Positions 1 to 10,191 of a DNA stretch of 64,000 nt are shown piece by piece. Positions within the stretch are counted from its first letter, which is position 1, and each line of letters opens with the position of its first letter. The position numbers and the translations under genes were made by a program. Below the pieces are notes generated by a model that was not told where the DNA came from, ran no database searches, and was given only the letters and a program-made list of their open reading frames with translations. Source of the stretch: an uncultured Clostridia bacterium (lineage in GTDB: Bacteria > Bacillota > Clostridia > TANB77 > CAG-508); contig OZ006978.1 of the NCBI GenBank assembly GCA_963931155.1, forward strand, positions 1,300,692 through 1,364,691, in the 5' to 3' direction.

Positions 1-180
1 TTATGTAATTTCTAATTTTTGTTTGTAAATATGATTACATTTCTTTAAAACCGATTTGTTGATTTACAAATAAAAATAATGTATAATATAGATATATAGT
101 TTATTTATTCGTTTTTTATTTGATATAAATTTCTTATTAAATAAAAAATAAAACTAAATCTATAAATAGGAGGAAATAAT

Positions 181-717
181 ATGGGAGATAGTTTAATTAC
201 CGTAGTCGCAATATTTTTAGCTGCAATATTAATGTTTATATTTCCTCTAATGTCACTTGCCGAAAGAAATGACGATATATCTCAACTTGCTGTACAAACT
301 GCTACTAGTGAATTTGTAGAAAATGTAAGAACTACTGGAAAAATGACATTAGAAGATTATGATGCATATTTATCAGAAATTTCTGCAACAGGAAACTCTT
401 TTGATGTTGAAGTTTTAATTCAACAACTTGATGAAAATCCTGGAGTAAAAACAACTCAAGCAGAAGTAACAAAAATAGGTGAAAATTTATATTACAATAT
501 TTATACTACACAAGTGGAACAATTATTAGATGATACAGGTAGAATTAGATTAAAAGAAGGGGATATTATAACTGTAACGGCAAAAAATACAAATAAAACT
601 ATATCTCAACTTTTAAGAAACTTTTTCTATGCAATTTCAGGAAATGATTCTTATCAAATAGCTGGACAAAGTACAGGTGTAGTAGCAGTAAATGGTAGTA
701 CAAGTGGAGAAGATTAA
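181..717 (+). CDS. hypothetical membrane-anchored protein (N-terminal TM helix)
   Basis: Complete ORF with a strong SD (AGGAGG) 7 nt upstream of the ATG. Hydrophobic N-terminus. Host-like AT-rich codon usage. Confidence 0.55.
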   Translation: MGDSLITVVAIFLAAILMFIFPLMSLAERNDDISQLAVQTATSEFVENVRTTGKMTLEDYDAYLSEISATGNSFDVEVLIQQLDENPGVKTTQAEVTKIGENLYYNIYTTQVEQLLDDTGRIRLKEGDIITVTAKNTNKTISQLLRNFFYAISGNDSYQIAGQSTGVVAVNGSTSGED

Positions 718-832
718 AATAAAAATATATTGTTGGGCAGATAATGCATCTGTCTCTACAATGATACATATGTAGGGGTAGAGTTTTTATTCTATCTCTA
801 TTTTTTACTAAAGGAAGAAAGGTAAATTACAT

Positions 833-2650
833 ATGAAATTACAATATTTAGCGATAATTTGTGTATTAATAATAGTGCCAATATCAATGGTTATGTCTGT
901 ATATATACAAAATCAAATTGATGCAATATTATTACAAGCCAAATATGATTCAAACTTAATAAATGCAACATATGATTCTGTTAAGGCATTTCAATTAAAT
1001 ACTGTAAATAACAAATATTCAGGAATAAGTAATTCAAAGATAAGGGATATAGAAGCAGCTGTTAATACTTTTTATAATTCTCTGGTCACATCAATGGGAG
1101 GATATGTTCAATCTGCACAAGATTTGCGTGATTATACTCCAGCACTTTTATATACATTATATGATGGATATTATATATATACCTCATATGATAATGTATA
1201 CTCCACAACACAAATACCAGTTAGTGGAGGAGAAGAAGATAGAGTACAAATAAATACAGATGCAAATGAATATGATAATGGCTTAAAACCATATGTGTAT
1301 TATTCAGCAAAATATGCATTAAATAATGGAGATATTGTAATAATAAATTATACATTAGACAATTATATAACTGTTTATGGAAATGCACAGGCAGACGGAA
1401 GTTATGTGGCAAGATCAGGATATTTAATAGATCCATCTAAAGTAACAAATATAAATGAAAACAGTAAAACATTAACATATGATGGTAATGTAAATATAAA
1501 ACCAGAATCATTAGTAGAGCACTTAATTACAGTAAATGATGATTCATCAATTGAGGAAGGAGATTATTATTACATAGTTTATCAAAATAATAAAATCTAT
1601 CAAGATGGACATGGAAGTGGTGCACAGTATTTTTATTATACAAATGAATCAAAAAAATCATATGTAAATGCACCAGAAATAGTTGCATATCTAAATGAGA
1701 ACAGACAAAAATATGGAGGAGGAGACCATATTTGTAGCACAAGTGCATTTGATTATTATAACGAAGCTTATAAATTTAGTAAATGGGTAGTGGAAGAATC
1801 AAAATTATCAGAAATAGATGAAAATGATTTATTATTATTTGAAGATTCTACAAGAAAATTAGGAGATTTAACAGGAGATGAAAGAAACACATATCTATCG
1901 GATAGCGTAGCTGGTACAATGCTTGTTCCGGGAGAAAATAATAATCCTCTACTTTCAGAATCTGCATTTAATAACCATAGATTATCAGTAATAAGAAAAT
2001 CAATTGAAACTACTTTATCAGTTGTAATAGACAACTATGAGGCAAGAAATAATTTATATGATTTTGCAATGCCAGTATTATCTGATGCGGATTGGTACAA
2101 AATTTTAAATAATGTATCATTAACAACATTTTTACAGGGTATGTCAATTGGTTTTAGATTTTATAGTAATTATGCGATAGTTACAAACAATATAAATAAA
2201 GAAGTTATAAAACCAGAGAATATATATATTGTAGCACAAAGCAACGGAAGTAGAGAGTATCATCAACCAGGATGTGAAAAACTATTACAAGGAGTAGAAG
2301 ATAATACTTTATCAATAGTAGGAGCATATCCTACATACGGCTTCCAAAGACAAACTGTAGACATTAATGAAAATAATTCAGTATATTATTACCCGCAAAA
2401 TGTTTCAACACAATATTTAACAGGATGTTATAACTGTATTGTAAATGCTACTGCAGAATATGACCTCCAAGACATAATTGCAGGTGTGGATTTAATTAAA
2501 TATTATGATAAAACCGAAAATGGGGGAAGTGGAACAGCAAGTTTTTCAACCGCAGAATATGAAAAAATTAGACAAGCATATATGACAGCTTTAGCAAGAG
2601 AAAGGCAAGATATATATAAATCTAATATAAATTTACAAACAAATGAGTAA
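833..2650 (+). CDS. hypothetical membrane-anchored protein, 605 aa
   Basis: Long ORF with an SD (AAGGAAGAAAGG) and an N-terminal TM segment. No family recognised. Confidence 0.55.
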   Translation: MKLQYLAIICVLIIVPISMVMSVYIQNQIDAILLQAKYDSNLINATYDSVKAFQLNTVNNKYSGISNSKIRDIEAAVNTFYNSLVTSMGGYVQSAQDLRDYTPALLYTLYDGYYIYTSYDNVYSTTQIPVSGGEEDRVQINTDANEYDNGLKPYVYYSAKYALNNGDIVIINYTLDNYITVYGNAQADGSYVARSGYLIDPSKVTNINENSKTLTYDGNVNIKPESLVEHLITVNDDSSIEEGDYYYIVYQNNKIYQDGHGSGAQYFYYTNESKKSYVNAPEIVAYLNENRQKYGGGDHICSTSAFDYYNEAYKFSKWVVEESKLSEIDENDLLLFEDSTRKLGDLTGDERNTYLSDSVAGTMLVPGENNNPLLSESAFNNHRLSVIRKSIETTLSVVIDNYEARNNLYDFAMPVLSDADWYKILNNVSLTTFLQGMSIGFRFYSNYAIVTNNINKEVIKPENIYIVAQSNGSREYHQPGCEKLLQGVEDNTLSIVGAYPTYGFQRQTVDINENNSVYYYPQNVSTQYLTGCYNCIVNATAEYDLQDIIAGVDLIKYYDKTENGGSGTASFSTAEYEKIRQAYMTALARERQDIYKSNINLQTNE

Positions 2651-2714
2651 AAGTTAGAAAAAAGGTTTAAAAAAATTCATCATGGTTATCCTATTAGTAG
2701 AAAGAAGGATAACC

Positions 2715-3926
2715 ATGAAATTATATAAAAAAATATTGACAGTTCTAATATTAATAACTATATATGCATATATTTGCAATATAACAATGTTTCCAAATAG
2801 TATTATTTTAATGCAAGGGGAAAATATAAAAATAGATACAGTTTTAGGAATAAGCATTAAAAATAAACAAACCATGCAAGCATCAAGTAATTTAAATGAG
2901 AAATTAACAGAACAAGTAGGTAAAAAAGATTTAGAGTTAAATTTATTTAACATTATTCCTGTAAAAGATGTAACAGTTAATGTTATACCTAAAACAACAG
3001 TAATTCCACTCGGAAAAACAATAGGAATGAAATTATATACCGAAGGTGTACTAGTGGTGGGAATGTCTGAAATAGAAGGAAAAAAACCATATGAAAACTC
3101 TGGCATAGAAGCAGGAGACAGAATAATAGAAGTAAATAATAAAAAAATAACAAGCTCAGATGAACTTACAGAATGTGTTAATGCTTGTAATGGAAGAAAC
3201 ATAGAAATAAAATATGTTAACAATGAAGATAAAATAGTATTGACTCAAATAGAACCTGCTAAAACATCAAATGATGAATATAAAATAGGACTTTGGGTCA
3301 GAGATGCAGCTGCCGGAGTAGGAACTATTACATTTTATGAACCTTCAACAGGAAGTTTTGCTTCTCTTGGGCATGGGATTAATGATGTAGATACTTATGA
3401 ATTAATAAATATAGCAAATGGTGAATTAGTAACAGCAAAAATACTAGACATAGTGAAAGGAAAGGACGGTATTCCTGGAGAGATAAAGGGAAGTATAGAC
3501 AATAGTGTAACTATAGGTGATATTTCTAAAAATACGGATTTTGGAGTTTATGGAACTATAACAAATACAAATGCACTTAATATACAAAACCTAGCAGAAA
3601 TGGAAGTGGCAGATAGAAGTGAGATAAATACAGGAAAAGCTTATATTCTATGTGAATTAGAAAATGGTAAAACAGAAAAATACGAAATAGAAATACAAAA
3701 ATTATTTAAAGATAATAATCAAGATAATAAAAGTATGTTAATAAAAATAACAGATGCAAGGCTTATAGAAAAAACAGGAGGAATAATACAAGGAATGAGT
3801 GGAGCACCTATAATACAAAATGGTAAATTTATAGGAGCTGTAACACATGTGTTGGTAAATGATGCAAAAGTTGGCTATGGAGTATTTGCAGATTTAATGA
3901 TAAAACAGTTGAAAGAGGTAGATTAA
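2715..3926 (+). CDS. spoIVB: SpoIVB peptidase (stage IV sporulation protein B, S55)
   Basis: N-terminal TM, PDZ-like region, and motifs GLWVRDAAAGVGTITFY and GMSGAPIIQNGKFIGAVTHV typical of SpoIVB. Start chosen at the internal ATG (MKLYKK) preceded by AGAAGG. The ORF is open from 2682. Confidence 0.75.
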   Translation: MKLYKKILTVLILITIYAYICNITMFPNSIILMQGENIKIDTVLGISIKNKQTMQASSNLNEKLTEQVGKKDLELNLFNIIPVKDVTVNVIPKTTVIPLGKTIGMKLYTEGVLVVGMSEIEGKKPYENSGIEAGDRIIEVNNKKITSSDELTECVNACNGRNIEIKYVNNEDKIVLTQIEPAKTSNDEYKIGLWVRDAAAGVGTITFYEPSTGSFASLGHGINDVDTYELINIANGELVTAKILDIVKGKDGIPGEIKGSIDNSVTIGDISKNTDFGVYGTITNTNALNIQNLAEMEVADRSEINTGKAYILCELENGKTEKYEIEIQKLFKDNNQDNKSMLIKITDARLIEKTGGIIQGMSGAPIIQNGKFIGAVTHVLVNDAKVGYGVFADLMIKQLKEVD

Positions 3927-5062
3927 TGAAAGAAAAGGGAAGAGTTTCAATTTTATTAATTGTATTAACTATATTAATAATGTTAGTATTTGGTTTTCTA
4001 ATATATCAAATGGTATTTTCAGACTTTTTTGGACTTATGCCTAAAGGGGAAGGACAAATTACTATAGGTGGGATAATAAATAGTTTAATTCCGGCAAGTG
4101 CAGAAGCAGATACGCAAATAGAAAATGTATCAGCACATGAGCCAATTATTGTAGATGACAATAAAGCCGGTAATAATACATCATCTACAGCACAAAATAG
4201 TTATTACTATAATCAATTAGATGCATATGGTAAAATAATATATAAAGGTTTTGAAGATAATAAAGAAAATATGAAATCTGGAACATATAAAATTGATTTC
4301 GGAACAAAGTTTAATGATTTATTAAACTCAGAAGGAGGAGAAGAAACTTTAAATATAGCATTTCAATCAGCTTGGAATGCGTATACATATGATCATATGG
4401 ATTTATTTTATATTGATGTTGAAAAACTTACTTTAATTACAAAAACGAGAACAATCGGAAGAAAATCAACACATACAGTAGAATTATCTAATGGAGATAA
4501 TAATTCATACTTAAAGCCAAATTTTAGTAATAAAGAAGAAATTGACCAAACATTAAATTTATTAAATGCTATGAGAAATGAAATTACAAATCAAGTATCT
4601 CAATATGACAATGTGGAAAAAATGAGACAAGTACATAACTGGCTAATTAACACAGTAGAATATGATATAAATTTCGAATCAGAAGAACCATATTCAATAG
4701 TAGGAGCACTTGTAGAAGAAAAAGCAGTATGTGAAGGATATGCAAGAGCATATAAATATATAATGGACGCAATAGGAATTCCTTGTATATTAGTTAGCGG
4801 AATAGGAACAAACTCTAATGGAGAAACAGAATCACACGCATGGAATTATGTTCAAATAAATAATAATTGGTATGCAATAGATACAACATGGGACGATCCC
4901 GTTGCAATAGGAAATGCCTATATAACTGAAGAAGATAGATATGAAAACTTCTTAAGAGGATCTAACAAGTTTTTTATAAATCATAAAGAAGATGGATATT
5001 TATCACCAGGAAGTATAAAGTTTAAATTTCCAACATTAAGTACAGAAGATTATAATTATTAA
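3926..5062 (+). CDS. transglutaminase-like cysteine protease superfamily protein
   Basis: N-terminal TM. C-terminal core has the Cys/His/Asp pattern (AVCEGYARAY ... ESHAWNYV ... DTTWDD) of transglutaminase-like domains. Confidence 0.7.
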   Translation: MKEKGRVSILLIVLTILIMLVFGFLIYQMVFSDFFGLMPKGEGQITIGGIINSLIPASAEADTQIENVSAHEPIIVDDNKAGNNTSSTAQNSYYYNQLDAYGKIIYKGFEDNKENMKSGTYKIDFGTKFNDLLNSEGGEETLNIAFQSAWNAYTYDHMDLFYIDVEKLTLITKTRTIGRKSTHTVELSNGDNNSYLKPNFSNKEEIDQTLNLLNAMRNEITNQVSQYDNVEKMRQVHNWLINTVEYDINFESEEPYSIVGALVEEKAVCEGYARAYKYIMDAIGIPCILVSGIGTNSNGETESHAWNYVQINNNWYAIDTTWDDPVAIGNAYITEEDRYENFLRGSNKFFINHKEDGYLSPGSIKFKFPTLSTEDYNY

Positions 5063-5291
5063 AAAAGTTTGTTAAAGTTTAAGTAAGTATTACGTATTGT
5101 CATATAAACGTTACTGTTCAACATAAAGTGAAATTTTCGTCTTAGCAGTATGTATAAAATAGGGCTTGCAATTATTAAGTTTTTGTGATACAATACTTAA
5201 TGTTAAAAAGTACCTCTACTTAGTTATAGGAAAATAACACCACTATAACTCAGTTGAAGGCAAATAACATAAATTTTAGGAGGTGTATATT

Positions 5292-5555
5292 ATGACAACA
5301 GAAAGAAAACAAGAAATTATAGCAACATATAGAAGAGATGAAAAAGATACTGGTTCTCCAGAGGTTCAAATTGCTCTTTTAACAGAAAGAATTAACGAAT
5401 TAACAGAACACTTAAAAGTTCATAAAAAAGATAATCATTCAAGAAGAGGACTTTTAAAAATGGTAGGTTCAAGAAGAAACTTACTTAACTATTTAAGCAA
5501 AAAAGATATTCAAAGATATAGAGACATAGTTGCAAAATTAGGATTAAGAAAATAA
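5292..5555 (+). CDS. rpsO: 30S ribosomal protein S15
   Basis: Typical S15 sequence ([34 protein letters not shown]...). ATG at 5292 with AGGAGG 8 nt upstream. The ORF track extends 9 nt further to a GTG. Confidence 0.95.
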   Translation: MTTERKQEIIATYRRDEKDTGSPEVQIALLTERINELTEHLKVHKKDNHSRRGLLKMVGSRRNLLNYLSKKDIQRYRDIVAKLGLRK

Positions 5556-5673
5556 TTTATTGTGGTGGGCGTTTGGCGTTATAGGCTTAAACGTCCATTT
5601 GCGAGAAATTGATTTTTAAAAACGGCTAATTAAATAGCACAAAAATTAGTAAGTAGCTTGTATAATGTGCTTT

Positions 5674-5745
5674 TGTCAGTTTTAGGGACAGGCTCTTTTC
5701 TGCCAAGTTTGTCAGCTTTGGGGACAGGCTTCAATCTACAAAATT
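5674..5745 (+). repeat. two tandem copies of a ~36-bp repeat unit (tgtcaNNtttNgggacaggctc...tgccaaNtt)
   Basis: Direct repeats read in the rpsO-pnp intergenic region. Same family as the array at 15051-15278. Confidence 0.6.
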
Positions 5746-5882
5746 TATAATTTATTGCTATGGACAAAAAATCAAAATATAACAAAAGCATAGTATAGAG
5801 GTTACAGCTAATTAAGGTGCTATTAATTAAATATAAAAAAGAAAGGAGTAGTATGATAATTTTATTATCATACAAATAGAAA

Positions 5883-8003
5883 ATGGTTAAAACTTATAGT
5901 ACAGAATTAGCAGGAAGAAATTTAAGTATTGAAACAGGTAAAATAGCAGGACTAGCAAATGGAAGCGTAGTAGTAAGATATGGAGATACAGTTGTAATGG
6001 TAAATGTTACAGCTTCGAAAGAGCCAAGAGAAGGAATAGACTTTTTTCCACTTTCAGTAGATTATGAAGAAAAATTATATTCAGTGGGAAAAATTCCTGG
6101 GGGATTTAACAAAAGAGAGGGAAAACCATCAGAAAAGGCAATACTTACATCAAGAGCAATAGATAGACCTCTTCGTCCTCTATTTCCAAAAGATTTTAGA
6201 AATGATGTATGTGTTACAGCAACAGTATTATCAGTTGAGCAGGATAATAGTCCAGAAGTTTGTAGTATGATTGGTGCAAGTGCTGCACTTTCAATTTCAG
6301 ATATACCATTTGGAGGACCAACTGCAGCAGTAGCCGTTGGCTGGGTAGATGGAGAAATAGTTATTAATCCAACAGTAGAGCAAAGAAAAAGAAGCAAATT
6401 AACTGCAACAGTTGCAGGAACATTAGATAAAATAACTATGATAGAAGCAGGAGCAGATGAAATACCTAATGAAAAAATGTTAGAAGCAATTGAAAAAGCT
6501 CATATTGAAATTAAAAACATTTGTAATTTTATATCGGATATAAAAGCAGAAATAGGAAAGCCAAAATTTGAATATAAATCATTTGCAGTAGATCCGGAAT
6601 TTTATCAAGATATTGTTGAGCATTTCAAAGATAGAATGTATCAAGATGTACAAGCTACAGATAAAGAAGTAAGAGATGCAAATATAGATAAAATAACAGA
6701 AGATATTACAGCTTATGTTATAGAAAAATATGGCGAAGAGGCAGAAGAGGAGAGAAAATCAGACATAGCAGACAGTATACATGACTTAGAAAAAGCATGT
6801 GTAAGAGAGATGATATTAAAAGAGCACAAACGTCCAGATGGTAGAAAAATTGATGAAATAAGACCTCTTTCATGTGAAGTTGGAGTACTTCCAAGAGTAC
6901 ATGGAAGTGCAATTTTCACAAGAGGACAAACACAAGTAATGTCAATTGTAACACTTGGAATGAAAAGTGAAGAACAAATATTAGATGGAATTGATGAAGA
7001 AACAGAAAAAAGATATATGCATCAATATAATTTCCCTTCATATTCAGTAGGTGAAGCAAGACCATCAAGAGGTCCAGGAAGAAGAGAAATAGGGCATGGA
7101 GCTTTAGCAGAAAAAGCATTAGTTCCAGTATTACCATCAGAAGAAGAATTTCCATATGCAATAAGAGTAGTATCTGAAGTATTATCTTCAAATGGATCAA
7201 CATCACAAGCAAGTATCTGTGGTAGTACATTAGCATTAATGGATGCAGGTGTTCCTATTAGAAAGCCAGTTGCAGGAATTTCAACAGGACTAGTAACAGA
7301 TAAAGAAGATACAAGTAACTATATAATGCTTACAGATATTCAAGGAATAGAAGACTTCTTTGGAGACATGGACTTTAAAGTAGGTGGTACAAAAGATGGA
7401 ATAACAGCAATACAAGTTGATATAAAAATAGATGGTTTAACATATGACATAATAAAAGAAGCATTTGAAAGAACAAAAGTTGCAAGAGATTATATATTAG
7501 ATGAAATAATGCTTCCTGTTATAGATAAACCAAGAGCAGATATTTCTAAATATGCACCAAGAATAAATACAACACAAATAAGTGTAGACAAAATAAAAGA
7601 TGTAATAGGACCTGGCGGAAAAATGATTAATAAAATTATTGAAGAAACAGGAGTAAAAATTGATATTGAAGAGGATGGCAAAGTTTGTGTTTATTCAAAT
7701 GATCCAGAAAGTGGAAAAAAAGCATTAAAAATGATTGAAAATATTGCAAGAGAAATTGAAGTTGGTGGAATATATGATGGTATAGTTACAAGAATAATGT
7801 CATTTGGAGCATTTGTAGATGTAGGAGGAGGAAAAGAAGGATTACTTCATATATCGAAAATTTCAAATAAAAGAGTTGAAAAAGTTGAAGATGTACTTTC
7901 TGTAGGTGATGAAGTTACAGTAAAAGTATATGAAATAGACCATCAAGGAAGAATAAATTTAACAATGAAAGACTTAGAAGCAGGAAATAAAGAAGAAGAA
8001 TAG
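5883..8003 (+). CDS. pnp: polyribonucleotide nucleotidyltransferase (PNPase)
   Basis: 706 aa with two RNase PH domains, KH and S1 domains. Canonical N-terminus and conserved motifs. Confidence 0.95.
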   Translation: MVKTYSTELAGRNLSIETGKIAGLANGSVVVRYGDTVVMVNVTASKEPREGIDFFPLSVDYEEKLYSVGKIPGGFNKREGKPSEKAILTSRAIDRPLRPLFPKDFRNDVCVTATVLSVEQDNSPEVCSMIGASAALSISDIPFGGPTAAVAVGWVDGEIVINPTVEQRKRSKLTATVAGTLDKITMIEAGADEIPNEKMLEAIEKAHIEIKNICNFISDIKAEIGKPKFEYKSFAVDPEFYQDIVEHFKDRMYQDVQATDKEVRDANIDKITEDITAYVIEKYGEEAEEERKSDIADSIHDLEKACVREMILKEHKRPDGRKIDEIRPLSCEVGVLPRVHGSAIFTRGQTQVMSIVTLGMKSEEQILDGIDEETEKRYMHQYNFPSYSVGEARPSRGPGRREIGHGALAEKALVPVLPSEEEFPYAIRVVSEVLSSNGSTSQASICGSTLALMDAGVPIRKPVAGISTGLVTDKEDTSNYIMLTDIQGIEDFFGDMDFKVGGTKDGITAIQVDIKIDGLTYDIIKEAFERTKVARDYILDEIMLPVIDKPRADISKYAPRINTTQISVDKIKDVIGPGGKMINKIIEETGVKIDIEEDGKVCVYSNDPESGKKALKMIENIAREIEVGGIYDGIVTRIMSFGAFVDVGGGKEGLLHISKISNKRVEKVEDVLSVGDEVTVKVYEIDHQGRINLTMKDLEAGNKEEE

Positions 8004-8016
8004 TTTATAAAATAGG

Positions 8017-8140
8017 AATTGTGCCAATGGAGACAGTGAAGTGAACCCAAATTATTAGACAAAAAAGTTTAATAAGGAGGGTTCATTTTCATGTGTACTG
8101 AACCCATTGGCACAATTGTTTTATATAAAATTAAAAAAAC
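8017..8140 (+). terminator. large compound hairpin terminator downstream of pnp
   Basis: Perfect 14-bp outer stem (aattgtgccaatgg / ccattggcacaatt) enclosing competing inner pairings (gtgaaccc, gggttca, ctgaaccc). Followed by a T-rich tract. Confidence 0.55.
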
Positions 8141-8279
8141 GAGCCCGTTTTCTTTTGTAAATTTTAAAAAAATTAATTTTTTATAAAAACTGTTGTAAAA
8201 AGTTGTAATAATTGATATACTAATGGTATTAAAAAAGCGTAACATGCTTTTTCTTAGAATTCTTTAAGGAGGTAAAGTA

Positions 8280-8729
8280 ATGGAAGATAATAAAGAAATA
8301 AATGAAGTTACAAACAATGTAGAAAATGAAGGAGAGGTAACACTTGAAAATAATTCAAACATAAAAATAGCAGATGACGTTATTGCGGTTATTGCCGGAG
8401 CAGCAGCTTCAGAAGTGCCAGGAGTTTCTTCAATGGCAGGAGGTTTCGCAGGAGGAATTTCTGAAGTGTTTAGTGGTAAGAAAAACTTTGCTAAAGGTAT
8501 TAAAGTGGAAGCTGGAGAAAAAGAAACTAGAATAGATGTTAACATAATCGTGGAATATGGAGTAAGAATTCCAGATGTTGCTTTTGAAATTCAAAATAGA
8601 GTTAAAAAAGCTGTTGAAAGTATGACTGGACTAAAAGTTTTAGATGTAAATGTTCATGTTCAAGGTGTTAATACTGATGCAAATAATGTAGAAGAAATGA
8701 AACAAGATGGTTCTAATAAACCAGAATAA
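8280..8729 (+). CDS. Asp23/Gls24 family alkaline shock protein
   Basis: Asp23-type sequence (ADDVIAVIAGAAASEVPGV...). SD AAGGAGG. Confidence 0.85.
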   Translation: MEDNKEINEVTNNVENEGEVTLENNSNIKIADDVIAVIAGAAASEVPGVSSMAGGFAGGISEVFSGKKNFAKGIKVEAGEKETRIDVNIIVEYGVRIPDVAFEIQNRVKKAVESMTGLKVLDVNVHVQGVNTDANNVEEMKQDGSNKPE

Positions 8730-8849
8730 TATTTATAAGGCACTTTAAAAATTACATTATTTCAAAATATTATGAATATAGATTGCAGAAGTTGAAATAA
8801 AATAATTTTAGAGTGCCTTTTCTAAGTAGCGGAAAGGTAGGAAAATAAA

Positions 8850-9425
8850 ATGAGAAAATTAGAAAAATTATCATTAATACTTTTTTCAACAATAATGCTT
8901 ATAATTTCAGTTGTACTATGTTTAACAATATTTGGGTGGTTAGATTATAGATTTGTAGAAGATGCTTTAGAAATTGCGATAAAGAATGAAGTAACATCTA
9001 AAATTCTTTTGACTTTAAGTATAATATTTATATTACTTTCAATAAAATGTATTTTCTTTGATTCAAGTGCAAAAGATGATGAGGAGAACAAAAAAGGAAT
9101 ATTGTTAGAAAATTCAAACGGAAAGCTTTTAATTACTAGAGAGACAATTGAAAACCTTGTAAATGGTGTCGTAAAAGGTTTTGATAGTGCAGAAGATGTT
9201 ACTACAAAAATAGAACTAGATAAAGAAAATAATCTAAATGTTTTTGTTAATTTAACAGTTAAAGAAAATGCTGTTATTAAAGAATTGTCTACAAATCTTC
9301 AAAACAAAATTAAAGATACAATAAAGAAAGCATCAGATTTAGAGGTAAAGGAAGTAAATATAAAAGTGAAGAATATAGAACCAGTAAAAGACATAGAGCA
9401 GACAACGATTGAGGGAGAAAAATAA
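8850..9425 (+). CDS. alkaline shock response membrane anchor protein (AmaP-like)
   Basis: N-terminal TM plus an Asp23-like C-terminal region. Conserved position after asp23. Confidence 0.6.
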   Translation: MRKLEKLSLILFSTIMLIISVVLCLTIFGWLDYRFVEDALEIAIKNEVTSKILLTLSIIFILLSIKCIFFDSSAKDDEENKKGILLENSNGKLLITRETIENLVNGVVKGFDSAEDVTTKIELDKENNLNVFVNLTVKENAVIKELSTNLQNKIKDTIKKASDLEVKEVNIKVKNIEPVKDIEQTTIEGEK

Positions 9426-9475
9426 CAAAAGATAACAATTTTTTAATTGGAATCATATGAAAGGAAGAAGCTGGT

Positions 9476-9679
9476 ATGGACGATTTTAAAAGTTTCATGT
9501 CTCAATATGGTGGCATGATTATAGGAGTAATTATAGCTATTTTATTATTATTAACGAAATTCTATGAATTAATAATTGCAATAGTTTTAATTGTAGTATG
9601 TGGTTATGCAGGTTATTATTTTCAGCGTAACAAAAACAGTGTAAAAGATAAACTTAAAAATTTTATAGACAAATTATAA
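9476..9679 (+). CDS. small membrane protein (DUF2273-like) of the asp23 operon
   Basis: 67 aa with one TM. Conserved position in asp23 operons. SD GAAAGGAAG. Confidence 0.6.
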   Translation: MDDFKSFMSQYGGMIIGVIIAILLLLTKFYELIIAIVLIVVCGYAGYYFQRNKNSVKDKLKNFIDKL

Positions 9680-9698
9680 AAAGGGGAAAGATAGCAAA

Positions 9699-10181
9699 AT
9701 GAGTATGTCAGATAATAGAAAAGTAGCATTTGAAATAGTATATAGTTTAGAATCTCAAAATGTAAAATATGAAGAATATAAAGAAAATGTTGAAATGTTT
9801 TTTGAAGAGAGAAACATACACGGTAGAGCTACATCTAAATATATTAAAGATGTTGTTTATGGAACCAAAAGACATGGCAAACAAATAAGAAAACAAATAG
9901 AAGAGTGTTTATCTGAAAAATGGAGTTACGATAGAGTTTCAAAAGTAAATATAGTAATTTTAGAGATTGCTATATTTGAGATGCTTTATTTAAATACACC
10001 ATATAAAGTTGTAATAAACGAAGCGGTGGAACTTGCAAAAGAATATTCAGATACAAAAGCACCAAGTTTTATAAATGGGGTTTTAGCAAGCATTGTTAAA
10101 AGAAATGAAATAGACAAAAAAGAAGAAAAGGATAACAATTCTGCCAAGAAAAATCAAAATAACGAGGATAACAAGGAGTAG
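9699..10181 (+). CDS. nusB: transcription antitermination factor NusB
   Basis: NusB-like sequence sitting directly upstream of xseA. Confidence 0.8.
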   Translation: MSMSDNRKVAFEIVYSLESQNVKYEEYKENVEMFFEERNIHGRATSKYIKDVVYGTKRHGKQIRKQIEECLSEKWSYDRVSKVNIVILEIAIFEMLYLNTPYKVVINEAVELAKEYSDTKAPSFINGVLASIVKRNEIDKKEEKDNNSAKKNQNNEDNKE

Positions 10182-10191
10182 TAGAAAACTA

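Noticed and set aside
1221-2034. Multiple short - strand ORFs inside the 833-2650 gene (and similar short antisense ORFs inside pnp, mutS, the ABC transporters and others)
   Set aside because: Short Leu/Ile/His-rich antisense frames typical of AT-rich coding DNA. No SDs. All are nested in well-supported genes.
5630-5875. 81-aa - strand ORF (and 15133-15396 -) crossing the 36-bp tandem repeats
   Set aside because: Low-complexity translation of repeat DNA (repeated GTGPKAD/PVPK) with no SD. Read as a repeat artefact.
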